The translations under genes were made by a program, and so were the position numbers. Below, piece after piece: positions 12,385 to 25,041 of a stretch of 64,000 bases of DNA. Positions within the stretch are counted from its first letter, which is position 1. Every line of letters begins with the position of its first letter. Source of the DNA: Octopus bimaculoides (Eukaryota); assembly GCF_001194135.2 (NCBI RefSeq), contig NC_068998.1, positions 44,161,532 through 44,225,531 on the forward strand. The letters are read 5' to 3'. The notes under the pieces are model-generated. The model did no database searches, was not told the DNA's origin, and worked only from the letters and a program-made list of their open reading frames with translations.

Positions 12385-13872
12385 TGAAATTTCGGAGACA
12401 GACATCGTCCACTGACACATCTAAGGGGACAGTAATTTCAAATATGAATTGATTTGGACCGTGGTGACCCATCCAAATCAATCCAACGTTGAAAAGATTA
12501 CGACGATGATAAGCAACATTATACTTGCTTACACAGCAGTTTTCTGATAATCTCCTGGGAATTGAACCTTGAGTGTCTCACTTGTTGATTGAACAAACTA
12601 CCACTTCTACAATGTGTGTTTCTCTTGCAACACATAGACGCACTCACACACACATACACATACATATACATATTGTGTATGTTTGTGTATGAGTGTACAT
12701 AAATATATGTGGATTTATGGTGTATGGAAAAAAATTGATTTATTCTGATATGTATGTATGTATGTATGTACGTATGTATGTTTATGTATCATATTTCGTT
12801 GTCATCGTTGTGCACTAACAGATCTTACCATTTGCTTTTTACTGAACTGATTCTTGTTAATTCACAACACAGACCACTCAGTTAGAAAGAATTCTCCTTG
12901 AATTCTAGTGATTATCTTGAATTGGTAAATATGATACTTGAAAGCCTCTTGTAAACATCTTTTGTACAAAAGTGTACATTTTTACTTTTTCTCTATATTT
13001 ACTCTTAGAAAAATGCTTTCTGTCTTCATTTATTTACATTTTTTTTTTTTTGCGTTTTTAGTTTTGTTTTTCTTTTGCATGGAGGGGACAACATTGATGT
13101 AGTGGCTGTCAAGACTAATTGATAGTAGAATACAATTTACTAATGTCTTTTACATTTGAGTGAGTGAGGAGGAAAACTAATTTTATTGATTTCAATCCTT
13201 CAACAAGATTTTTTTTTTTTTTTCAAAAAAAAAATTCAGATTTAGAATCAGTATAATGTCTTCTATTGATATTGAAGATATAATTCTTCTGTACCTACTG
13301 CAACCAGCACCCACTATGCAATCATTCACACACCAATCCGATTCTTTGCTTGTCAATAACTTGACATCAGAAGTTAGTGTTGATTCATTCATTTAAAATC
13401 CAGATAGCTGGTTTGTAGCAATGTTGGTGGCATTGATTACTGGATGAACAGTCAATGTTTCAAATACCACCAACATCATCATCACTACCACAGATGCTTT
13501 ACTGTGTCTGTGTCACTACTTCTTAATTATCAAATGGATTAGCCAGTTCAGCTTTAAATTGTTACCTTGAATGTTTCATAATTATTTAATTAGCTTCAAG
13601 GGCATGAATTCATACCATCCATTATGCTTGCTTCAGGTTAGCTAGCCTCTAGTGGGGATAGTGCAAATTTTGATGACTCCTAGATTTCTTTGTGTTCATA
13701 TGGGTTGCGTTATGTGATTGGACAATGCATACGAGATGGAAAAAAAAGTGTGATTTGTTGCCTTGAGACATTAACAAAATCTAAAAAGCAATGGCGTGGC
13801 CTGATTACAGAAACCAAGGCCTCGTGGATAATGACTGAACATATTCATTATCAACTTAGAGAGTTCTGAAGC

Positions 13873-14243
13873 TGAGACATACCTGTGCGGTAAGAAGCTT
13901 GCTTCCTAACCACATGGTTTGAGGTTTAATTCCACTGCATGCCACTTTGGGCAAGTGTCTTCTTCTATATAGCCTTGAGCCAACCAAAGCCTCATGAGTG
14001 TATTTTGGTAGATGGAAACTGAAAGAAACCCATCATATATATTAGGTTGGTGCATAATTATTGTAGATTTTTTTTTAATAAATTTATTCAACAAAAAATT
14101 TAAACAAAATGTCAAGCCGAAATTGAAGTAGATGGTGAATAGACTCCGGAATAATCATTTAAAGATGTTTTTGCTTAATGTTGTTATTATTTTTGTTGAA
14201 TAAAATTTATTGAAAAATGCTGCAATAATTATGCACCAACCTA

Positions 14244-14305
<62 letters not shown>

Positions 14306-14405
14306 CAAAGCAGTTTGATTCAGATTCTGTGCTACTCCAAGTTTCGCAAGCTCCTAACAGAACGTGTCTCCATAGTCAAGTGACTGAAACAAATAAAAGA
14401 ATAAA
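13873..14405 (+). mobile_element. SINE family A copy interrupted by a mariner MITE
   Basis: Head and CORE-like box at 13880-14035, MITE at 14042-14244, (TA)n, then tail remnant tagtcaagtgactgaaacaaataaaagaataaa. Confidence 0.75.
14042..14244. mobile_element. Mariner-type MITE
   Basis: TIRs ttaggttggtgcataattattgtag / ctgcaataattatgcaccaacctaa (24/25 match), further subterminal inverted identity (aataaatttattcaacaaaaa) and TA on both sides. The ttaggttggtgc terminus is typical of mariner/Made1-like elements. Confidence 0.93.
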
Positions 14406-14600
14406 GGGCTAGCAATTTTGGAGAGGGGTTAAGTTGATTACATCAACCCCAGTGCTTAACTGGTACTTATTTTATTGACCCCGAATGGATGAAAGGCAAA
14501 GTCAATGTTGGCCAAATTTGAACACAGAACATGAAGACGGACAAAGCACCACTAAGCATTTTGCTTGGCATGCTAATGACTCTGCCAATGCACCACTTTA
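14406..14600 (-). mobile_element. SINE family B (tRNA head plus gcctttcatcc...gtcgataaa...aagtaccag central domain, MetaSINE-like)
   Basis: Reverse complement of ctggtacttattttattgaccccgaatggatgaaaggcaaagtc...atttgaacacagaac...ctaagcattttg. Confidence 0.8.
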
Positions 14601-15554
14601 ATGAATATGAAAATACTGACCATCATAACAAGTGATATTTAGTTCTGTGATCAATTCTGGTTGAGGTAGATATTGCATACATCCATAATAGATGCCAGTA
14701 AAGTAGGTACACTAGTGACCTCTTCTGACTGTGTAGTATAATTGTTGTATTATACTACACAAGGCGTATAATCAAGTTGAGTCCATTATATTTCTGGTAT
14801 AGTATGAGAACTAATTTTAATAAATTGAAATGAAATGAAAGGGACAATTTATATAGGAATCTTGAGACTAGATACTGAAAAGCTGTTTAGTTTGATCCCA
14901 GGTCAATGCTGATCTAACAGATTTCTCCTGATCAATTCATGAGCATCCCATATTTGATGTTGCATGAGACTTTGACTATGACTTTAGCATTCTCTATGAT
15001 TCCTGATTAAATCAATAATTCCTAACCGTATAATTGTCGGGAAGGTTTATATAACTTGAGACCATTTCACTTTTGTTATCAGTGAATATTTTTTTATTTT
15101 TATTGGACCTGGAGAGATAAAAAGATGTTGCCAATCTGGCAAGGTTTGAACTCAAATCATAAAAGGACATAACTAAAAAGCATTTAATTTAGCGCTCAAC
15201 AATTTCTTCCATTGCAATAAATAATAATAAATAATAATAATATTAATGGTAATAATAACAATAATGATAATAACAACAATAGTAATAATAATGTAGTAGT
15301 AATAATAATGATGATGATTGGCAATGATGATGACAATGATGGCTTTAAATTGGACAGATGCAGCAGTCTGTTGATTGTATAACCATAGACCATATTACTA
15401 AAATGTTTTTCTTTCTTTGTAATTAGCAAAGATATTCATTTGCCAGTAGCAAATTTATGAGAAATTCAAGTTCTCTTTATTACATTGGCACTAACAATGT
15501 TATCAACACTTGCTATTAAAAAATTAATGATATCACCTTTGTTAAACTTTAATG

Positions 15555-15608
<54 letters not shown>

Positions 15609-15616
15609 ATGGACAG

Positions 15617-15628
15617 AAATGGACGATG
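15617..15628 (+). other. Candidate 12-nt microexon (AAATGGACGATG)
   Basis: Long (CT)n tract 15560-15605, then aaaatggacAG, 12 nt, then the strong donor GTGAGT at 15629. Motif evidence only. Confidence 0.25.
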
Positions 15629-15726
15629 GTGAGTTATGACTATCTCTTTATGACCCATGAAGAAAGGCAGTATTTGTTCAGTCAGACACAGAGATGATGT
15701 TGATTGGCCTTTATATTTTATGTTAT

Positions 15727-15727
<1 letters not shown>

Positions 15728-15773
<46 letters not shown>

Positions 15774-15812
15774 CATCATTAATATTATTATTATTATTAT
15801 CACCATTATCAC

Positions 15813-15848
<36 letters not shown>

Positions 15849-15851
15849 CAC

Positions 15852-15887
<36 letters not shown>

Positions 15888-15890
15888 CAT
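15728..15890. repeat. (ATT)n microsatellite
   Basis: Long tattattat run; source of the poly-Ile and poly-Leu ORFs. Confidence 0.97.
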
Positions 15891-18882
15891 TTCATGTTAT
15901 TATTTTAATTGCAAACATTTGTAATTTCAGTCCCCATATAAAGAGTGATAAAAACTGCTTGAAGTTCTTCGACCTCTTTCCCCAACCAATTACATTAACA
16001 TTGCAAAAACATAAATATATTAGATACAATCAAAAGACATGTGTATCATTACTCCAATAATCTACACACACAGTATTGGCACCTTTGATTATACAGATGC
16101 ACTCAGTACATACAAACACACATAATCACACTAATACAAACTCATACACACACACACACACACACACACAGATTCACATGCACAGATGATAACTGGCCAC
16201 TGTGATCTTTTCTTTCATTTTTGCTATGTAACCTCCAACTTCACTGTGCAGATTATCCGTCAACATTAGTAATATCGGAAACCTCCCTCTAATGGAACCG
16301 ACCTCAATAGCCATCCAGTAGCACCAAAATGCCAAACCCATATATTTTTTTAGAAATCATAGCTTAAGCTCTGTGTCTCTTCACAATGCCTAACAGCAAA
16401 CACATTGCTAACGCTGCCTTATGAATCTCTGACCGTTCACTTTAAAAATTGTACAATCTATGGCCTTTTGTGTTAGCTATGATTATAAAATATGTTAGAG
16501 TATTGATCAACATCATCAGAGTTGTCATCATCTTTATCATCATCAACTTATGTCTGCTTTTCCATGATGGCATGGGTTGACTGGATGTGTTTCACTTCAG
16601 TATCTTCCCTCTTGCAGTAGTTCTTTGTTATCTTTATCAAGAGATCTAGCGTTTTTAGGCCAGACTTGACTATATTTGCCCACATTTTGTTTCACCTTCC
16701 TCTTTGACAATCTCATTCCAGTTGCATTGTTTGACAGTTTTTCACTCAATTTTCCCATTTTCCACAGCCATCAACCATCCATACCAGTCTAGTCTTCACT
16801 TCCCTTGTATAAAACACATCACCTGGAACTGTATTGGTTATTTTATAAAGAAATCGAACTCCAAGCTTTGTCACATTAAACTAAATAGTCCATGATAATT
16901 GAATTAGTTTGGCAATCTGCCATTTCTCTTAGCTTCCCTTTCCTCTTTTCATCATTATCATTATGACCATCACCACCACTCCCACTGTCCCCCACCTCCA
17001 CCTTCTCATCATCATCATCGTCGTCGTCATCATCAATTTATGTCCAATTTTCCCTTGCTGGCAAATTTCGGGTGGATTTCAGAGATACAATGTGGTGAAA
17101 AGAAGAAAACTAGCAATTGAGGTTGGAGTGCTTGAGTGGAGGTGGCACGAGACCAGCTCTGAAGAGTAGAGACAATTGTAATATCAATAGAAAAGGCAGA
17201 AGAAGGAGACAATGCTTGTAGGCTTAAGGCTAGAATGTGCTTGGGAGCAATTCAGGGTAAAATTACTGGGTAATAGTCATCTTGTTTGGGGTGGGTGATT
17301 TATTTCAGCGATGTAGATTGTGTGTCTTGTCTGAACTGCTCTATCGAATAATACCCCTTCAACTGTGCTGAAAGGGTATTATTTGAGGCAGCTGTAAGCT
17401 GGCAGAAACGTTAGCAAGCCAGGAGAAATGCTTAGCGGTATTTTGTCTGCTGTTACTTTCTGAGAAGCAGATCTACTTAAAAAAAATATAGCAGAGAAGA
17501 AAGTATGAGTGAGACAAATAGGAAGTATTTGTTATTGACATCCAGGCAGGAACAGAAACTGGCAGAAAAAGTAGAATCTGAGCGTGCAGTCATCAACTTT
17601 TGTAGTGTAGTTTGAATAAAGCAGACTTGGGTTATAGATAAGGGATGAGAGATTTGTGTAATGGGGAGCAAAAGCATATCAAAGCCTGAACATATTTTCT
17701 TAACGAATTAAAGTAAACTTGTGGAATTGAAAACACTGATAACTAATGAGAGAATAATTTAAATAATAAATATCAACTAATTAAGAAATCCAAACTGCCT
17801 TCATTAAATCACTTTAATCACTTAGGAAGCCTATTCTAATTACAATACAAAAATCTTTAAATTAAACAGTTGTGTAATTTTTTCTAGCATATATAGATTT
17901 ATTGATATCATTAATTGATAATGAAGAAAATGAAGAATGAAATGATAATTATATCAGTGCAGGTAACATTGAGAGAGGTTATGACTTTAGTTACAGCAAC
18001 TTGGTGATAGTTAGTTGTAATGGATTTTCGACACTGTCATAGATAAAGCTTATAAGGAAAATAACATTTATATATTTTTTCAACCTAAAAGAACTTTAAG
18101 GGAACCTAAATGTTAACCTAAAGGAAACATTATAAAAAGATCTTAGCTGTTGATTTTATAATGTTGAATATAAGGTAGGATACTAAGTCTAACATGGGAA
18201 GATATTCCCAAATGTTGGTTTTATTTCACAAAGCTTTGTGAACTGAGGCATTCAGACATATATATAATGCTTGGATATTTTCAATGAAGTGTCTGTAGTT
18301 GATTTGGATGGAAGATATTTGAACAGGTAATCTAAGACAATATCTACTTGGTCATTTCATTGTTACATCTATTTGTGTTGACTAACTTTCAACAAGTTAA
18401 AAAAAGAAAAAAGTAGCATAGAATGAATTAGAGGACATCGTTGGAAGGATTGAAGTTTAAGTGCCTTCATCCAAAGACTACTTTTTATACAAAGAGTGGC
18501 GATATGACTGCATCATTACCATTAATAACAAAATATACATTTCAGGAGTTCACTGTAAACACAGTTTATTCAGTGCAAGTTTGTCTGGTTTATATTTACT
18601 CCTAGCTTAGGTTGTATTAATGTTGAGTTACATTAAAACAGAGTTTGTGCTTTTCTTCTACCTGAATATGGCTCTTGTTCATTTTAGCCCAGTGTCCCCA
18701 TTGGTTATACAGGTCTATGATCAAAAACTTTCTACTGTGACCATCCTATCTTTTTTCAAATACCCTCAATCCGATCCCAATATATAACTGGTATTGATTT
18801 TATCGACTTTTGAAGGATAAAAAATCAGTTAATTTTTAGATAAACATGAACAATACAATTCAATATCCAAGACATCATAGAG

Positions 18883-19152
18883 CAATGGTTTCCAAATTTT
18901 TACGGGCTGCCCCACCCCCCTTGACACCCAGGTCACATTCCTAGTGGCCCCACCCCAACTAACCATCACAAACATAGACCTCTTCCTGAAGCAAATTCAA
19001 AGCAACTGTCTTTCACAAATAGAACTTAACCTAATGAACCCCACTTTTTACATGAATCACTCTCTCATTATCACCCCACTTTTCTTCAATGCCCCCTTGG
19101 AATTTTCCACCAACTCCAGGGGACACAACAGCGCCCACTTTGGGAACCACTG
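18883..19152. mobile_element. hAT (Charlie-like) MITE with perfect 8-bp TSD
   Basis: Ends caatggtttccaaa / tttgggaaccactg. TCATAGAG is duplicated at 18875-18882 and 19153-19160. Confidence 0.92.
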
Positions 19153-20185
19153 TCATAGAGTGATGTATTTTGACCTACTGATGTCATTTACAGCTCTTAC
19201 CAGAATGTGATGCACCATAAGTATTAAGCAAATAATGAATAGTCAATTTGGATCGGGTATAAATTGTAGAAATCTGATTGTTTAAAAGACAATATTGGTG
19301 GCATTTTAACTCAGAATCAAATTTTTGTAGTCTGAGTACTGTTACCCTGTCATTTTCACAAAGATGTTCCAATTTTATTTGCACGCACCATGATTAGAGG
19401 ATATAATTTTTTCCACTGATATTCACATATTTCCATTCCATTCAACAAACATACAATTTATAGCAAAAAAAAAAAAAAAAAATTGTCTAAAGTATCTTTG
19501 TTTTATGCTTAAAATTCAAAATTAGTGAATATCATCAAGAAAAGTGTTTCATTTCAAAGATTTTAATATGAAATTTTAACAAATATTTTTTAACAAATCT
19601 ATTTAACAAATCCAATTTCAGGAATTATCTCTCTTGCTGTGATGCAAATAGCTTCATTTCAAATTCTTTCATTATTTCTGTAATGCCGTTTCACTCTGTG
19701 ATAATGCATATCTTTTGCATTTAGGGTGCATTTCTCAATCATTTTTCCTTCTGCATTTGTATCAATTCATTATTATACATGTGTCAATTTGTACAAATTA
19801 AATTTATGTTTTTCATACATTTGGTTCTTCACAATCTATACACAAATATATCATATATAATGTTTATATGTAATACATATAAATACGATGTGTGTGTATG
19901 TGTGTGTAATAATGTGTTCTAAGGTGAGGTGGAGGCAAAGACTTTGGGTAGGGTTGATCTTTATTTCAGAACACAGCATAACCCATATTTCACAAGAGCA
20001 TAAATGATTTCCAATATGCCATTTATTACTTCCTTCTCTTAGTATCTATGTGTGCATATACACACATACACACACACATGCGCACATACTCTCTTTCTTT
20101 CCCTCTCTATCTCCCTCTCTCTCTTTCTATCTCTCTGTCATGCGCACATTTTCTGTTTAAAAAATAAGAGAATTACTCTTTCTCT

Positions 20186-20627
20186 CTTTTTACTCTTTTA
20201 CTTCTTTCAGTCATTTGACTGTGGCCATGCTGGAGCACCGCCTTTNNNNNNNNNNNNNNNNNNNNNNNNNNNNNNNNNNNNNNNNNNNNNCGAGCAAATC
20301 GACTCCAGGACTTATTCTTTGGAAGCCTAGTACTTATTCTGTCAGTCTCTTTTGCTGAACCATTAAGTTACGGGGACGTAAACACACCAGCATCGGTTGT
20401 CAAGCGATGTTGGGTGGACAAACACAGACGCACAAACATACACACACATATATATACATATATACAACGGGCTTCTTTCAGTTTCTGTCTACCAAATCCA
20501 CTCACAAGGCTTTGTTCGGCCCGAGGCTATAGTAGAAGACACTTGTCCAAGGTGCCACGCAGTGGGACTGAACCTGGAACCATGTGGCTGGTAAGCAAGC
20601 TACTTACGACACAGCCACTCTTGCGCC
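20186..20627 (-). mobile_element. SINE family A, reverse full-length copy (small internal gap 20246-20290)
   Basis: Reverse complement of head (...gctacttacgacacagccactcttgcgcc) and tail (ttttacttctttcagtcatttgactgtggccatgctggagcaccgcc). Confidence 0.92.
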
Positions 20628-20707
20628 GATTTTAACATATCTGTACTTTTAGGTGTGCATGTATTTATTTATATATTAACATATATATATGTGTGTGTAT
20701 GTGTCTC

Positions 20708-20800
<93 letters not shown>

Positions 20801-21374
20801 GTAAGGCAACTTAATATTGTGACACTCTGTTATTCTTCTATGCCATGTGTTTCTATTTATATTTATATGAAACAACACTGCTAATCTGGAAATAAAGAAA
20901 TAATACACATAAATATCAATCAACATTTCAAACAATACTTTCATGAATCCCTTAAGCTTCTCAAGCTATGAATAAACTATGTGCTCTAAATATATAGCAC
21001 AGCAGCTTAAATTGTAGGGGACATGATAATGGTGAAAATCTCGTGCATGCATGCATCTACATGTGTGTGTGTTTGAGAGAATATTACACACAGATATAGC
21101 TGTATATGTATATATATATATGCATATAAAGATAGTGGTATGTGTATAATAGAGTACTGAATCCAAAACTTTCAATAAAAATATCAGCTACATCAATAAA
21201 AATAACTTTCAATTATATCACATAACATGGTGCACAATGTTTTTATCTCTATTTTAGATATGTTCAATAAACATATATATTAAATACATTATTAGATAAC
21301 TAGAAATATCTCTTTCTCCTATAGAAGATGATTGAATACCTATTTTTTATCTATCTATCTATCTATCTATTTAT

Positions 21375-21414
<40 letters not shown>

Positions 21415-21576
21415 TATATATTCATTTATCGTCTGAAACTGCTCATTTTGTTCATCTCTTAAATTGGTAACCAGGCATTGTCACTGCTTTTGATATATTT
21501 TCAAGATTCCAGACTTACAGAAGTCTTGGAAAATAGTTTTTGATCTTAAATTCTTAATTGTTCCTTTCCAATAAAA

Positions 21577-21647
<71 letters not shown>

Positions 21648-22653
21648 CGTTGTTGTTGTTATTGTCATCATCATCAATATTATCATTGTTATTATTACAT
21701 GAAGGTGAAAAAGTAACATAATTGTTCAGTGCTGATCAAAAAGTCATGTGGTATTTGATCCAAATATTACTGCTCTGAATTGATATTCTGCCAAGATCAG
21801 CTTTTCTTTTCATCCTTACAGGGTTAGTAAAATATGGTAGAAGTAAAATTATCCTATTTTGGGGTTTCTGTCAGATCACGGAACAAGGAGTCGAGAAAGT
21901 ATCTGTGTGTGTATATGACTATGTCTGCATTTAACCCAAGAACAAAATTATATCGCATGCTGCTTAGCTTACCAAGTTATATTTTACTTTCAGTGACAAC
22001 CAAACTGACTATCGGTAGAAAAAAATAATAGAATACTGTTTGTCATTTGATTATGTACTTTACCATACTTCTGGAATTGACATTACCACTTTTTCTGCTG
22101 GGCATCTTCAGTGCTATCAAAAACGATTTTGAAGTTTCTACATTTGAAATTGTTTACAACAGTCACTTACAACTTCCAATGGAATATTTAGTGTACGATC
22201 TTTCTACTTCCAGGTTTTTCCATATTCGGTTATATTCCAGACTTCATTGATATAATTAGGTTTTGTTTTTGTTGGCCTTTTATAGTTTTGCAGGGATTTT
22301 TTTGAATTTCTTATTCATTTGATTTGATTTTGGCTTCTGCCATTTCCAGCTTTCTGATTTATAGTTCCAACGGATTTAGTTTCATTGTTTTTAATGTTTG
22401 ATATTTCTATTTTCCAAATACATATTCTTTCCTTTAAGTGGTCTATATTTACTCTAAGATATCTATCAATCTGACTGTCTTATACATCTGTAGGTCAGTC
22501 TGTCTACATACATAAAAGTTCAAAAATTTATTTAAAGTCAAAAATATCATATGTGTATGTGTGTTAGTATGTATATATGTATACACATACATATATGTGT
22601 ATATATATGTGTATATAAGTATATGTGTGTATACATGTATATATATATGTGTA

Positions 22654-22736
<83 letters not shown>

Positions 22737-23730
22737 ATGGGAGAAAGTCTTATGTACAAAGATATTAACATATTTGGAGGGAAAGGATGGAAGCAGGTAG
22801 CCATAAAGTATATGTTTAGTATTGAAACCTATTACTTTCCAAACCATTTAGGTGCTTTATTTTTTATCTCTGGGTCATCAAATAACACTTGATATCAATT
22901 CAGATTGCTTTCCTTTTTTATTGGCTACTGATTTTTTCCATGCTTTTTTTTTTATACCTGAAATTCAAAATATTTCTCCATCTTTAAAGGCATTTTGCCA
23001 AATTATACTATATCTGTTTCTATTTTGTCTATATCTAAATTGTCTACTTTGATTTTGATATGAGCTCCATTAGAATGCTTAAAAAAATGCTGGTGAATTA
23101 CTGATTTGTGTATAGGTTAGCAATAAATACATACCTTGTATTAAGTAAAGAACAATGATATCAAAATTAACTTCAGCATATTAATGTTTTGTGTAGAAGA
23201 ACTAACATCAACATTCTCAGTGATTACCTCTCTTTCTCTGCATTATTATTTCATCACTGTTAATGGATATTTTCCGGAGCTGTGAAGTAGTGATGTCTGA
23301 CATGACTCTAGCAATACTGTTATGAATACTTGTTTGCTTGTGTTCTGTTATTTGTGGAGAAAAACTCTAAGCGGAAATTAACTAAAGACAACATTTTATA
23401 GTCATGTTAGTGTATTTTACTTCACATGTTAAGTCTCATTATTAAAAGTTATTTAAACTTCAACAAAACTTAATCGATATGACAATTATACTCTTCTACA
23501 TGATTAATAAAGAATTGCATGAAAGATAATCTAATAATAAGCAAAAAGAAAATAATGATAAGAAGGAGAAGAATGACAATTATTATAATACTTCTAGCAT
23601 TAAAAAAATGTTTAGAGATATTTGATAGCTTGAGATTTGTATTTTTATTCTCAGTGAAATTGTTTGTATTTGTTGAAATAATCTTGTTATAGCTGTACAC
23701 CTACATAGTAATATAGTATACTTATATATA

Positions 23731-23761
23731 TTCTTGTCTTTTTTTTAATTTACAGGTAAGT
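23731..23761 (+). other. Candidate recursive splice site (3'ss immediately followed by 5'ss)
   Basis: ttcttgtcttttttttaatttacAG|GTAAGT: polypyrimidine tract, CAG, then a perfect consensus donor with zero-length exon. Confidence 0.35.
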
Positions 23762-23830
23762 GAATGTTCCAGTGATGAGTTCTCTAAGAAACAACAAAAG
23801 ACAAATACATATCTATGCATATACATAAGC

Positions 23831-23870
<40 letters not shown>

Positions 23871-24244
23871 ATACATGCTCAAATAGAAATGATTCCTTGT
23901 TATCTAAAAAGTAAGTAAAATATGCATGAATCTTTTTTTTTCCCCTAAAATAGTAAGTTTACAACAATTTTTATTCAGAAAGTTGTTTCTGTAGTACATG
24001 TTTTTTTTTTGCTATTTTTGCCATTATTTTTGCTTTATTTTGTTAAGGTGATATTTGTTGTGTTAATTTTTTTTCTAAACATTCTACCATTTTTGTTGTT
24101 GAAAATACTGTAATAGCTGGAGTGATTGAGATTAAAGGCATGCAAAAGATAAGCTGTAAATCTGTAGGGATTTGAACAATATTTTAGTGAGTCAGGTATT
24201 CTGAAAGAATATTTCTTAAAGGATATCTCAAGTTTTGTTTTTGT

Positions 24245-24470
24245 CCATTTAGCATTCAGATTGTTCTGTCAAATGTAATGCTTATTTGTACATATTGTTT
24301 TGAACTAATCGTGCATTATGCCATAGCTTTAAGATTTCAATGTTGTGATTGTTTAATTTTATAATGGCATTGTAGGGCAGGTGTGAAAGATCAGTTCTGA
24401 TCAGTTTGGACATAAGACAGGTAAAATAGTTGGACCAGATATAGAGTTAGTTTAAATACTAAAGGCTTAA
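24245..24470. mobile_element. Non-autonomous DNA-transposon-like repeat, family D (degraded ccctttagcat...atgctaaagg ends)
   Basis: Alignable by eye with 28051-28272 (aatcgtgcattat, agatttc.atg.tgtgatt). Imperfect terminal inverted ends, with ttaa on the right side. Confidence 0.6.
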
Positions 24471-24997
24471 GGAAAAGAACTCTTTTGATAATATGCAAAT
24501 AAAACATTTTTTCTTAAATTCTATGTGATTATAAAAACTCATTGCCATAATCACATTTTCTCTCTTAACTCCATTTTTAATTCTCTTATTCCTCGCTCCT
24601 CATTCATTCAATCACACTGTCAGATATGTACTCACAAATTCTCTCAAGATAGTATATGTCTATGTATAATATTAGAGGTTGAAGCTTCTTGAATCGTTAC
24701 TCTGAGTTCCTTATTACTTGTTATCCAAATGAAAATGACTGAAATGGGGAGCTGAGTGGAAATATATAAAGAAAATTATATGAAGATATTTTGAGCAATT
24801 TTTTGTTATTAAGATTTGAACGGTTGCCAAAAAACCATTAAAAATATTTTAAACGTTCAGGTATTAAATTGTCTTATGTAGAGACACAGACATGGCCATA
24901 TGAAGATCTTGGTTCAGTCCCACTGCATAGTATCTTGGACGAGTGTCTTTTACTGTAAACTAAAACCTGTGTGAATTTGATGTAGAGAAGCTTAAAG

Positions 24998-25041
<44 letters not shown>

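Noticed and set aside
12400-12530. Minus frame ...LIWMGHHGPNQFIFEITVPLDVSV, faintly like a restriction-like endonuclease of non-LTR elements
   Set aside because: The catalytic PD motif and downstream K..KY are absent, and the segment is too short to call.
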